Assembly (NCBI GenBank): GCA_009927065.1 | Contig: RFNU01000189.1 | Span: 1 to 43,287 of the forward strand | Length of the DNA stretch: 43,287 nt | DNA from: a bacterium | GTDB lineage: Bacteria > Pseudomonadota > Gammaproteobacteria > Berkiellales > Berkiellaceae | Reading direction: 5' to 3' | In this document: positions 1-8,402 of the stretch, one piece after another | Layout: each line of letters starts with the position of its first letter | Numbering within the stretch: the stretch's first letter is position 1 | The notes under the pieces: generated by a model | What the model was told of the DNA's origin: nothing | Databases searched by the model: none | What the model saw: only the letters and a program-made list of their open reading frames with translations | Made by a program: the position numbers and the translations under genes

Positions 1-17
1 ATCAATAAACTGAATAA

Positions 18-57
18 AAATAAACTTCAGCTATAATAATAAAAATGAAGTTTATTT
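18..57. repeat. perfect 12-bp inverted repeat (aaataaacttca / tgaagtttattt) with a 16-nt loop containing TATAAT; possibly a terminator of the upstream gene or an operator over a -10 box
   Basis: Arms 18-29 and 46-57 are exact reverse complements. The loop gctataataataaaaa carries TATAAT at 32-37, about 30 nt upstream of the kinase ATG (68). Confidence 0.5.
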
Positions 58-67
58 AGGTCGAGCA

Positions 68-1972
68 ATGGATGCTGATAAGTTAAAAATAAAAAGTTCA
101 ATAGCCCAAAAACTTTTGACTATAGTGTTCTCATTCTACGTTGTCATTACCGTAATAGTAACCATATATCATATGTATACTGATTATGCCTCAACTAGTC
201 AACGGATTCATGAACAATTAGATTCCACATTGGATCTCGTGAGTGTTCCTCTTGCAGAGTCCTTGTGGAATTATAATGGAGATGATATTAAAGCGGTTAT
301 AAAAGTTTTAACTGAAGCAAAGGTTATTTTAGGGGCTTTAGTAGAGGATGATCAGACTCAACAATGGAAAGGTGGGTTCATCCCTTCTGATGATCAAGGT
401 AATTTTACTGAATATGATAGCTTAACAGGGAAAGCCAAAAGTAATCCTCAGTTTATCGCCGATCCTTTTGCCGCAAAGAAAGAGTTAATATATCAGGATG
501 CGAGTGGAAAAAATCTAAAAATTGGGCAAATTACACTTTATACGTCGGCCGGGATCGTGCTAGATCAAGTTAAAGAGGTCTTTTTAGTTATTATTGTTAA
601 CTCTTTTCTTAAGAGTACAGCGCTTTGGGTTTTATTTTTGATCTTTGGTAAACGCTATTTAACAAAGCCTTTGACTGATATGACAGATGCTACTTTAAAA
701 GTGGCGAGCGGTAATCTTGAGCGTACAAACATCACAAAAGATAAAAAATGGCCAACAGAAATTGATGTGTTATCAGATAATTTTGAAGCCATGACGGAAC
801 GATTATTAGAGGGACAAGCCAAAATCATCGCCACCCAATTGCGGTTACGCGATATTATCGACTCCATGCCGTCCATGATTTTAGGGATAAATTCAAAAGG
901 CGAAGTCACTGAGTGGAATAAAGAAATGGCAAGATTTACAAATATTTCACCTGAACAAGCAGTGGGTAAAGAATTTCTGACTTTATATCAAAGCTATTCT
1001 TTCTTACTGCCTATTATAGCTAAGGTTTTAGAAAATAAAACATTAGAGCGTATTCCAAATCAAGTTGTGTATGTTAATCAACATCGTTCTTATCAAGACA
1101 TTATCTTATATCCGATTGTAGATAACGATAATGTATCTATTATTATTAGGATTGATGATGTTACTCATAGAATTAACATGGAACGAGCGATGGTGCAAAC
1201 AGAAAAAATGTCTTCTGTTGGAGCACTGGCTGCTGGAATGGCACATGAGATTAATACGCCCTTAGCGAATATTCTGCAAGGCTCACAAAATATTATGCGT
1301 CGTATTGATCCTACGATGGAAGCTAATCAAAAAGCTGCCCAAGAATTGGGACTAGATCTCAATCTAGTGATGAGTTATTTTAACCAAAGAAAAATTAGCA
1401 CTTTTATTGATGCTATTAAAGAATCTGCAGAAAAAGCCTCTAAAACCGTTGCCAACCTCCTTCAGTTTTCTAATCAATCAAGTTCAGCTAAAACCGCATG
1501 CTCCTTTGCTGAAATGATCGATCAATCATTAGAGCTTGCCGCTACAGATTATGATTTAAAGCAAAATACTGACTTTAAAACAGTCGAAATCATTAAAGAT
1601 ATTCCAGCAGATTTACCTAAAGTCTATGCTTCTAGTACTGATATTAATCAGGTGATTTTGAACTTAATTAAAGTCTCTTGTCAATCAATGATGTCTCATG
1701 CTAAAAAGCAAATTATTAAGATAAAACTTTCATTAGAAAATAGTAAAGTTAAATTAGAATTATCTGATAATGGCCCCGGTTTAGATGAAGAAACACAAAA
1801 GAAAATTTTTGAACCATTTTTTACATCTAAAAATATTGGGGAGGGTGTTTCTTTAGGACTCTCAGTATCCTATAAAATTATTGTAGATTCTCATAAGGGC
1901 GATCTTACCATTTCTTCTGGAGAAAACGCTGGTACAACGTTTACTGTTATGTTGCCAGTTGCCACTGTTTAA
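68..1972 (+). CDS. membrane sensor histidine kinase (2 TM segments + periplasmic loop, HAMP-like linker, PAS, HisKA, HATPase_c)
   Basis: 634-aa ORF. Hydrophobic segments at aa ~14-35 and ~170-193. H-box AAGMAHEINTPLANI (His393). G1 box DNGPGL, F box FEPFFTSK and G2 box GEGVSLGLSVS near the C-terminus. Confidence 0.85.
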   Translation: MDADKLKIKSSIAQKLLTIVFSFYVVITVIVTIYHMYTDYASTSQRIHEQLDSTLDLVSVPLAESLWNYNGDDIKAVIKVLTEAKVILGALVEDDQTQQWKGGFIPSDDQGNFTEYDSLTGKAKSNPQFIADPFAAKKELIYQDASGKNLKIGQITLYTSAGIVLDQVKEVFLVIIVNSFLKSTALWVLFLIFGKRYLTKPLTDMTDATLKVASGNLERTNITKDKKWPTEIDVLSDNFEAMTERLLEGQAKIIATQLRLRDIIDSMPSMILGINSKGEVTEWNKEMARFTNISPEQAVGKEFLTLYQSYSFLLPIIAKVLENKTLERIPNQVVYVNQHRSYQDIILYPIVDNDNVSIIIRIDDVTHRINMERAMVQTEKMSSVGALAAGMAHEINTPLANILQGSQNIMRRIDPTMEANQKAAQELGLDLNLVMSYFNQRKISTFIDAIKESAEKASKTVANLLQFSNQSSSAKTACSFAEMIDQSLELAATDYDLKQNTDFKTVEIIKDIPADLPKVYASSTDINQVILNLIKVSCQSMMSHAKKQIIKIKLSLENSKVKLELSDNGPGLDEETQKKIFEPFFTSKNIGEGVSLGLSVSYKIIVDSHKGDLTISSGENAGTTFTVMLPVATV

Positions 1973-2051
1973 AATTTGGGACATGATTTAATAAATATTC
2001 AACCCTGGCTATTTTGAAAAACCAGGGCTTCATTAAGATGAAAGGCGCATT

Positions 2052-3242
2052 ATGAAACGATTAAAAAATTTCTACTTTATTGTTTTATTAATCAGTTGTT
2101 TTGAGGCTCATGCAACTGAATTACCACCTATTAAGATAGGTGTATCTAGTCCTGTAACAGGTGGATCGTATTCAATGGGTATAGGCCTGAGAAATGGGAT
2201 TAGAATTGCGGCAGATGAAATCAATGCTGCAGGCGGTGTCTTAGGTCGAAAGATTCAATTAGTTGAACGAGATGATCAGGCTAATCCTGATTTAGGGCTT
2301 AAGCAAGCTGAAGATCTTGTTAAGAATGAAAAAGTTATTGCTGTTGTAGGCTATAGCAATACTGGTGTTATTTTAAAATGTGGTCATTTATACCAAGAAG
2401 CTAAAATCCCATTAATGTTAGGAGGTGCTGTTGGTACCAAATTAACAAAGATCTATCAAGATCAAGCAGAGAACTATTTTTTTAGAACAGCTCCTAGAGA
2501 TGAAGTGCAGTCTATTATGATCGTGCGAGAGGCCCTAGAAAAAAGGGGCTTTAAAAAAGTTGCTCTCCTGACCGATACAACTCCTTATGGAGTGCTTGGC
2601 AGAGAGGATTTGCTACAGGCGCTGAATAAATATCAAATGGTCCCTGTTTCTGATGAAAAATTTAAAGTAGGTGATACTGATATGATGCCTCAGTTAAGTA
2701 AGGCTAAAGCAGCAGGTGCGGAATGTATTCTGGTTTATGGCATAGGTCCTGAGCTTGCTCATATAGCGATAGATATGAAAAAACTTGGCTGGAATAATGC
2801 ACTCATTGGTTGTCAAAATTTAGCACAATCAAGTTTTATTGAGAAATCCGGAAAGGATGGCGTTGGTGCATGTATGCCGCAAAGTTTTATTCAAGCAGGT
2901 AATAGTAAAAAACGTAAATGGTTTATTGAGACTTACATGGAGAACTTTAATCCAAGTCAACGAAGAATGGAGTCAGCGATGTCTTCAGCTCAAGGGTATG
3001 ATTCATTAAAAATATTAGCAGCGGGTATCGAACAAGCAGGATCGACTGATGGTAGTAAAATAGTGAACGCTTTAGAAAATCTTAATGCAACTATTGATGG
3101 AATCATTACGACTTACTCGCGTCCCTATTCACACACTGATCATGAAGCCGTTGAAGAAGAGGCTACAGTGATGGGGATGGTTCGTCAGGGTAGAGTGGTG
3201 TATGCTTATCGTGAAGATGCTGTAAGAGCGAATGCACAATAA
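2052..3242 (+). CDS. secreted LivK/Peripla_BP_6-type (branched-chain amino acid-type) periplasmic binding protein, with no adjacent transporter genes
   Basis: 396 aa. Signal peptide MKRLKNFYFIVLLISCFEAHA. Mature N-terminus IKIGVSSPVTGGSYSMGIGLRNGIRIAADEINAAGGVLGRKIQLVERDDQANP is typical of LivJ/LivK-like binders. SD-like aaagg lies upstream. Confidence 0.8.
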   Translation: MKRLKNFYFIVLLISCFEAHATELPPIKIGVSSPVTGGSYSMGIGLRNGIRIAADEINAAGGVLGRKIQLVERDDQANPDLGLKQAEDLVKNEKVIAVVGYSNTGVILKCGHLYQEAKIPLMLGGAVGTKLTKIYQDQAENYFFRTAPRDEVQSIMIVREALEKRGFKKVALLTDTTPYGVLGREDLLQALNKYQMVPVSDEKFKVGDTDMMPQLSKAKAAGAECILVYGIGPELAHIAIDMKKLGWNNALIGCQNLAQSSFIEKSGKDGVGACMPQSFIQAGNSKKRKWFIETYMENFNPSQRRMESAMSSAQGYDSLKILAAGIEQAGSTDGSKIVNALENLNATIDGIITTYSRPYSHTDHEAVEEEATVMGMVRQGRVVYAYREDAVRANAQ

Positions 3243-3272
3243 TAGTTTGTTAACTCAATACATTTTTTCTAG

Positions 3273-3560
3273 AAGAAACTGTTTAAAAGATGTTATGTTG
3301 TTGAGCATAGATTGTTTTCTCTAATGGAGAACGATGTTTTTATTATTGCTATTGATGACCAGTATTCAACATGACTCAATCTGCTGTCAAGCTGTTGTTT
3401 TTACAGGCATCTTGTAATAAATTCCTTATGGATATTCGTTCATGATAATCAGAATGTTCATTATCATGAAAATGGAATAACTTTTCATGATGAGTATGCT
3501 TTTTTGAAAGAAGAAGTTACAATGGCGCGAAGAGAGAAAAATATTTATTTTCATCATTAG
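3273..3560 (+). pseudogene. rlmE: eroded remnant of rlmE/ftsJ (23S rRNA U2552 2'-O-methyltransferase)
   Basis: Three short reading segments broken by stops and a frameshift:
- 3273-3374: KKLFKRCYVVEHRLFSLMENDVFIIAIDDQYST*
- 3371-3445: MTQSAVKLLFLQASCNKFLMDIRS*
- 3375-3560: ...FVHDNQNVHYHENGITFHDEYAFLKEEVTMARREKNIYFHH*
They give collinear matches to E. coli RlmE as I recall it: DKLFKPG, RIIACD, DFLQGDF, GFDEYL, ARSREVYIV. The SAM-binding DLGAAPGGW loop is missing. The position immediately upstream of ftsH matches the conserved rlmE-ftsH arrangement. Confidence 0.4.
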
Positions 3561-3643
3561 AGAGTGAAGGCATTCTCTGGACCATCTAATATAATAATAT
3601 ATGGGTATAAAGACATTAAAAAATTAACTTATAAAAAGGGGTC

Positions 3644-5497
3644 TTGGCTTTGAACGATGTTGTAAAAAATCTGGTCTTATGGCTTACAATAGCGCTAATT
3701 TTCGTATCAGCTTTTTCAGGGGTTGGCACAGTGCAGCGCCAACCAAGACTTTTTACTTTTGACGAGTTTTTACAGAAAGTTAGCAATAAAGAGATTATTG
3801 AGGCTGAAATTGACACTCATACTATTCGTGGTCAGCTTCAAGATCATTCAACCTACTATACCGTTGTTCCTCAAGTCGCGCCACAAGTCTTACAAATGCT
3901 CATTGAGAAGAATATAAAAATTATAGGAAAAAGACCAGAGCAGCCATCTTTATTGCTTAATATTTTTGTTACTTGGTTTCCCATTATTCTGCTTATTGCT
4001 GTTTATTATTTTTTGATCATGAAATTGCAAGGAGGCATGGGTGGTCGAGGAGCGATGTCTTTTGGTAAATCTCGTGCACGGATGCTAGAAGAAGATCAAA
4101 TAAAAATTACATTTGCAGATGTTGCCGGTGTTGATGAAGCTAAGCGAGAAGTACAAGAGCTTGTTGATTTCCTACGTAATCCTTCAAAATTTCAGAACAT
4201 TGGAGGCAAAATTCCAAAAGGAGTTTTAATGGTTGGCCAGCCAGGCACTGGAAAGACCCTATTGGCCAAGGCAATTTCAGGTGAAGCTCGTGTCCCATTC
4301 TTTTCTATATCTGGATCTGATTTCGTTGAAATGTTTGTTGGTGTTGGAGCATCTCGAGTGAGAGATATGTTTGAGCAGGCTCGTAAACATGCTCCTTGCA
4401 TTATTTTTATTGATGAAATAGATGCAGTTGGTCGACATCGTGGTGCAGGTTTAGGTGGTGGTCATGATGAGCGTGAGCAGACCTTGAACCAGTTGCTTGT
4501 TGAAATGGATGGTTTTGAAGGACATGAAGGTATTATCGTGATTGCAGCAACTAACCGTCCAGATGTTTTAGATAAAGCGTTATTGCGTCCAGGGCGATTC
4601 GATAGAAGAGTGACAGTAGGATTGCCGGATCTCAAAGGACGAAGTGATATTCTTAAAGTTCATCTTAAAAAGATACAGCTTGAAGACAATATTGATCCAA
4701 CAATTATTGCCAGAGGAACACCTGGATTCTCTGGAGCAGATTTAGCAAATTTAGTCAATGAAGCGGCACTGTTTGCCGCTCGTGAAGATAAGGCAAAAGT
4801 TTCTATGTTAGAGCTTGATAAAGCTCGTGATAAAATTATTATGGGGCCAGAGCGCCGTTCAATGGTTATGACTGAAGAAGAAAAGCGTCTGACAGCTTAT
4901 CATGAATCTGGGCATACCATAGTAGGACTTTTTGTTGCCGATCATGATCCTGTTTATAAAGTCACTATTATTCCTCGAGCACAGGCACTTGGAGTCACGA
5001 TGTATTTGCCAGAAACAGAACGTTATTCAATATCGAAGGAAGCTTTAGAGTCTAAATTAGCAACATTATTTGGTGGCCGAGTAGCCGAAGAAATTATTTT
5101 TGGTCTTCATAAAGTAACAACAGGGGCATCCAATGATATCGAGCGCGCTACCGATATTGCTCGAAATATGGTAACACGATGGGGACTTTCTACGCGCATT
5201 GGGCCATTAAATTATGCTGATGAAGAAGGAGAAGTATTTTTAGGGCGAACAACACAGCAAAGAAAAGAAATTTCAGAGGAAACAACTCGTCTGATTGATG
5301 AAGAAATTAAAGGAATTATTAATCAAAGTTATACAAAAGCAAAAGAAATCTTACAAGAAAACATAGAGTTATTACATCGTATGGCTGAAGCCTTATTAGT
5401 TTATGAAACATTAGATAAAGATCAAATAGCTCTACTTTTTGAAGGCAAATCTTTGCCACCGCTTTTTGTGCAGCCGCCAGTAGAAGAGAATCACTAA
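3644..5497 (+). CDS. ftsH: ATP-dependent zinc metalloprotease FtsH
   Basis: 617 aa, TTG start preceded by aaagggg. Walker A GQPGTGKT, Walker [32 protein letters not shown], zinc motif HESGH. Confidence 0.97.
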   Translation: MALNDVVKNLVLWLTIALIFVSAFSGVGTVQRQPRLFTFDEFLQKVSNKEIIEAEIDTHTIRGQLQDHSTYYTVVPQVAPQVLQMLIEKNIKIIGKRPEQPSLLLNIFVTWFPIILLIAVYYFLIMKLQGGMGGRGAMSFGKSRARMLEEDQIKITFADVAGVDEAKREVQELVDFLRNPSKFQNIGGKIPKGVLMVGQPGTGKTLLAKAISGEARVPFFSISGSDFVEMFVGVGASRVRDMFEQARKHAPCIIFIDEIDAVGRHRGAGLGGGHDEREQTLNQLLVEMDGFEGHEGIIVIAATNRPDVLDKALLRPGRFDRRVTVGLPDLKGRSDILKVHLKKIQLEDNIDPTIIARGTPGFSGADLANLVNEAALFAAREDKAKVSMLELDKARDKIIMGPERRSMVMTEEEKRLTAYHESGHTIVGLFVADHDPVYKVTIIPRAQALGVTMYLPETERYSISKEALESKLATLFGGRVAEEIIFGLHKVTTGASNDIERATDIARNMVTRWGLSTRIGPLNYADEEGEVFLGRTTQQRKEISEETTRLIDEEIKGIINQSYTKAKEILQENIELLHRMAEALLVYETLDKDQIALLFEGKSLPPLFVQPPVEENH

Positions 5498-5513
5498 AAG
5501 ATAACTTTCTTTC

Positions 5514-5550
5514 GCCAAGATCTCGCATTACAATAAAGTTTGATCTTGGC
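5514..5550 (+). other. hairpin in the ftsH-glmM spacer (9-bp perfect stem gccaagatc/gatcttggc, 19-nt loop, no U-tract)
   Basis: Arms 5514-5522 and 5542-5550 are exact reverse complements. Confidence 0.4.
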
Positions 5551-5569
5551 TAAGCATAAGGATTGATTC

Positions 5570-6925
5570 ATGAGTGCTCTTTTTGGAACTGACGGTATTA
5601 GGGCTACAGTAGGGTGTTATCCTGTAACACCGGAGAGTTTCCTGCAACTCGGGTGGGCGCTTGGATCTTGGATTGGTTCTGGAAAAGTATTAATCGGCAA
5701 AGATACGCGCCTTTCGGGTTATATGCTAGAGTCAGCCTTAGAAGCAGGGTTAGCTGCAGCTGGTATTGATGTTTATTTAACGGGTCCTTTACCCACTCCC
5801 GCGATTGCCTATTTAACACAGTCCTTAAACGCTCAAGCAGGTCTGGTCATTTCAGCTTCGCACAATCCTTTTTATGATAATGGACTGAAAATTTTTTCAA
5901 GTGATGGATTAAAATTAACGACTGAGCAGCAAAATAATATAACCTCTTTTTTTCAAAAAAAAATCACTGTTGCTACCTCTTATGAATTAGGTAAAGCACA
6001 TCGATTGAATGATGCCGCGGGGCGTTATATTGAATTTCTCAAGAGCCACTTTTCATCACTCGATCTTTCTGGGATTAGTATTATATTAGACTGTGCACAT
6101 GGAGCGGCTTATCAAATAGCCCCAGAGCTTTTTAAAGAGCTGAGAGCAAATGTTCAGGTTATTAACGATCAGCCTAATGGTTATAATATTAATAAAAATG
6201 CAGGAGTCATGGATCTGGACTTACTCGAAAAAGTAGTGCATGAACAAAAGCCAAAGTTTGCATTTGCTTTTGATGGTGATGCCGATCGATTAGTCGCCTA
6301 TGTTAATGGAAAAAAAATAAATCCTAACCATATCTTATTAGTACTCTACGATTATTACCAACTTAGGGGTATGAGCAAAACAGGGATTGCTATGACTTGC
6401 TTAACAAACCTTGGAGTACAAGATTATTGCTCTACGCAAGGGATTGCTCATGTCAGTACTGATGTAGGTGATCGTAATTTAATTTATGCATGTTTACAAT
6501 ATGATTGGACAATAGCTGGTGAGCCATCAGGTCATTATTTATTGATGGATAAATTAAAAACAGCGGATGCGTTATTAACAGCATTAGCACTGGTTGATTA
6601 TTTTATTCGAACAGAGAAAACAGCCGAATATTTTGAAAAAAAAGCTCCCCTTTATCCATCCTTAATTCATAATTTCCATATCAATGATCCGAAAACCGTT
6701 TTATCTAAAAACCATATTACTGAAAGTTTAGAAAAAATTAAAAAAAACAACCCTAGTGAGCGAGTGATTATCAGAGCATCAGGAACTGAACCAGTGATTA
6801 GAATTTATGCAGAAGGTAAAAATCTGTCTACAGTAGAAGAGATCATTAAAGAAGCTATAGCTATTTTTGAAAAATATAAAGAAGATACAACAGGGATTGT
6901 TGATGAAAAAGTTCTTGCTCATTAA
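5570..6925 (+). CDS. glmM: phosphoglucosamine mutase GlmM
   Basis: 451 aa. Catalytic Ser loop ISASHNPFYDNG, Mg site FDGDADRL, sugar loop GEPSGH, phosphate loop RASGTEP. Confidence 0.95.
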   Translation: MSALFGTDGIRATVGCYPVTPESFLQLGWALGSWIGSGKVLIGKDTRLSGYMLESALEAGLAAAGIDVYLTGPLPTPAIAYLTQSLNAQAGLVISASHNPFYDNGLKIFSSDGLKLTTEQQNNITSFFQKKITVATSYELGKAHRLNDAAGRYIEFLKSHFSSLDLSGISIILDCAHGAAYQIAPELFKELRANVQVINDQPNGYNINKNAGVMDLDLLEKVVHEQKPKFAFAFDGDADRLVAYVNGKKINPNHILLVLYDYYQLRGMSKTGIAMTCLTNLGVQDYCSTQGIAHVSTDVGDRNLIYACLQYDWTIAGEPSGHYLLMDKLKTADALLTALALVDYFIRTEKTAEYFEKKAPLYPSLIHNFHINDPKTVLSKNHITESLEKIKKNNPSERVIIRASGTEPVIRIYAEGKNLSTVEEIIKEAIAIFEKYKEDTTGIVDEKVLAH

Positions 6926-7631
6926 TTGGAAACATCATTGGATAGATGATATTGATGGATTTGTCGATTTCATAAAAATAAATGAACAGCAAAACAATGA
7001 ACTCTTGTTTTTATTAGCACCTCCTCATCCTTTATTGGGTTTATTATCTAAAAAAATACCCACATCTTTAGCTGCACAAGGTGTAACTCATAAACCACTT
7101 GGGCCCTATACCGGGACTGTAGGAGCAGCTTATCTTGGAAAAATGGGTATAAAGTATGTCTTATTAGGACATCATGACATGCGAATCAATGGGCTAACTG
7201 AGCAAGATATTGAATTAAGTTATATCGCGTGTTTACAGGAAAAAATCCAACCGATTTTATGTTGTGGTGCGTATGATATGGCTTCGTTAGAGAGTGGATT
7301 GAAAGAACAATTAAGATTCCTAATGAATCAAGGTCCTCAAGAAATTATGATAGCTTATGAGCCTTACTGGGCTATAGGAAAAGAGTCTTTATTGATTGAT
7401 TTTGAGCATCTACAGTGTGTTTATCAGCTTATTCTTTCTTTTTTACCAGACGGTTCATCATTTAAATTTTTTTATGGGGGCGGCTTGGATCTCGACAAAG
7501 CAAGATCATTAATAAAAGAGCCTTTCATTTCCGGACTTCTGCTTGGTCGGCTAGGCTTAAATTTAAATATTTTAAAAGAGATGAGCTTAAACCCTTCAAA
7601 GAACAAAATAATCAATGAGATAAGAGATTAA
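6903..7631 (+). CDS. tpiA: triosephosphate isomerase homolog, highly divergent
   Basis: The ATG at 6903 gives MKKFLLINWK, the normal spacing before the NWK motif; the track start 6867 lies inside glmM. Motifs INWK, LLGHHDMR and IAYEPYWAIG (catalytic Glu) are present. The position upstream of secG is conserved. Confidence 0.8.
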   Translation: MKKFLLINWKHHWIDDIDGFVDFIKINEQQNNELLFLLAPPHPLLGLLSKKIPTSLAAQGVTHKPLGPYTGTVGAAYLGKMGIKYVLLGHHDMRINGLTEQDIELSYIACLQEKIQPILCCGAYDMASLESGLKEQLRFLMNQGPQEIMIAYEPYWAIGKESLLIDFEHLQCVYQLILSFLPDGSSFKFFYGGGLDLDKARSLIKEPFISGLLLGRLGLNLNILKEMSLNPSKNKIINEIRD

Positions 7632-7742
7632 AGTAAAAAAAACAATCGTATAAAACCCTTCCCCCACCCCTTTATTTTCTTGAAGCTTCTTGGTAATATG
7701 GCTCTGGATTTAATGCATTTGCCAAATTGTTGGAGTTATTCT

Positions 7743-8030
7743 TTGAAAGCATTGTTAAGTTTCTTTTACGTCACCACTTGTATTTTATTGATACTATCTA
7801 TTTTAATGCAAAGTAGTAAAGGCGGCCAGTACGGAGCAGGCACCTCAACTTATGCTTCACGATCATTTTTTGGATCTGCTGGATCAAAAGGATTTTTATA
7901 CACAGCGACCAAATGGCTTATTGCATTTTTTTTCATATTAGCTTTTGTTCATATTGCTTATGATTATCGTATGATGAATAAAGCGGCTCAAAAAACTTCT
8001 TTATTACCGATAGACTTGATTAAGCAATAA
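7743..8030 (+). CDS. secG: preprotein translocase subunit SecG
   Basis: The TTG at 7743, 6 nt after GGAG, gives MKALLSFFYVTTCILLILSILMQSSKGG. This places the conserved Q-x-x-KG motif at aa 23-27, matching E. coli SecG as I recall it (MLQQGKG at about the same position). The track start 7680 would add a 21-aa non-homologous extension. tRNA-Leu(GAG) follows, as in E. coli secG-leuU. Confidence 0.85.
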   Translation: MKALLSFFYVTTCILLILSILMQSSKGGQYGAGTSTYASRSFFGSAGSKGFLYTATKWLIAFFFILAFVHIAYDYRMMNKAAQKTSLLPIDLIKQ

Positions 8031-8048
8031 GCTTATCCCTCATTTCAA

Positions 8049-8133
8049 GCCCAAGTGGTGGAATTGGTAGACACGCTATCTTGAGGGGGTAGTAGTTTCG
8101 GCTGTGCCGGTTCGAGTCCGGCCTTGGGCACCA
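8049..8133 (+). tRNA. leuU: tRNA-Leu (anticodon GAG), class II with a long variable arm
   Basis: Acceptor GCCCAAG/CTTGGGC plus A-CCA. Anticodon stem CTATC/GGTAG with loop TTGAGGG. T arm GCCGG-TTCGAGT-CCGGC. Variable arm TAGTTTCGGCTGT. Confidence 0.95.
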
Positions 8134-8402
8134 TCTCTATCTTTATTTCATTTGAAAAAATACTTTTTTAAAAAATCACTAATAATAGAATCATATATCT
8201 TATTGATCAAAGGCGATGTACTTCATCATATAAAATAATAACTCAACATACTGTTATTGTTTCCTTAACATGCTCATTAATAATAATAAAATTATTCTTT
8301 GAAAGAAAAAAATAATCTCCTTGCATAAAGTTATCTCACTCATGCCTCGTTATCAGTAAAAATATACTAAAATTATTAACAAGTTTCCCTAACTTTTTTA
8401 TT

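Noticed and set aside
655-909. Short antisense or alternative-frame ORFs in the track. Examples: 655-909, 3616-3816, 3723-3917, 4192-4401, 5319-5528, 5604-5819, 8773-8985, 8967-9173, 10771-10965, 11056-11247, 16793-16999, 18239-18493, 20153-20377, 23405-23611, 23963-24151, 26127-26336, 28805-28990, 29212-29409, 29737-29922, 30870-31091, 31809-31991, 32919-33134, 33073-33297, 34888-35115, 36797-36979, 41423-41605, 42592-42780, 42686-42892
   Set aside because: Each is nested in, or largely overlaps (opposite strand or other frame), a gene with strong motif support. None has a recognisable domain or ribosome-binding site.
6867-6902. Longer N-terminal extensions offered by the ORF track: tpiA from 6867, secG from 7680, sufB from 36884, sufU from 41335, sufT from 41816, rplY from 35687, infB from 24202, ffh from 32287
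   Set aside because: In each case an internal ATG or TTG with a proper SD reproduces the family-typical N-terminus. The extension either overlaps the upstream gene or adds non-homologous residues.
7655-7675. C-rich tract (cccttcccccacccctt) between tpiA and secG
   Set aside because: It stands out in AT-rich DNA, but it is a single copy with no complementary G-tract or repeat partner in the window. I can support no function.
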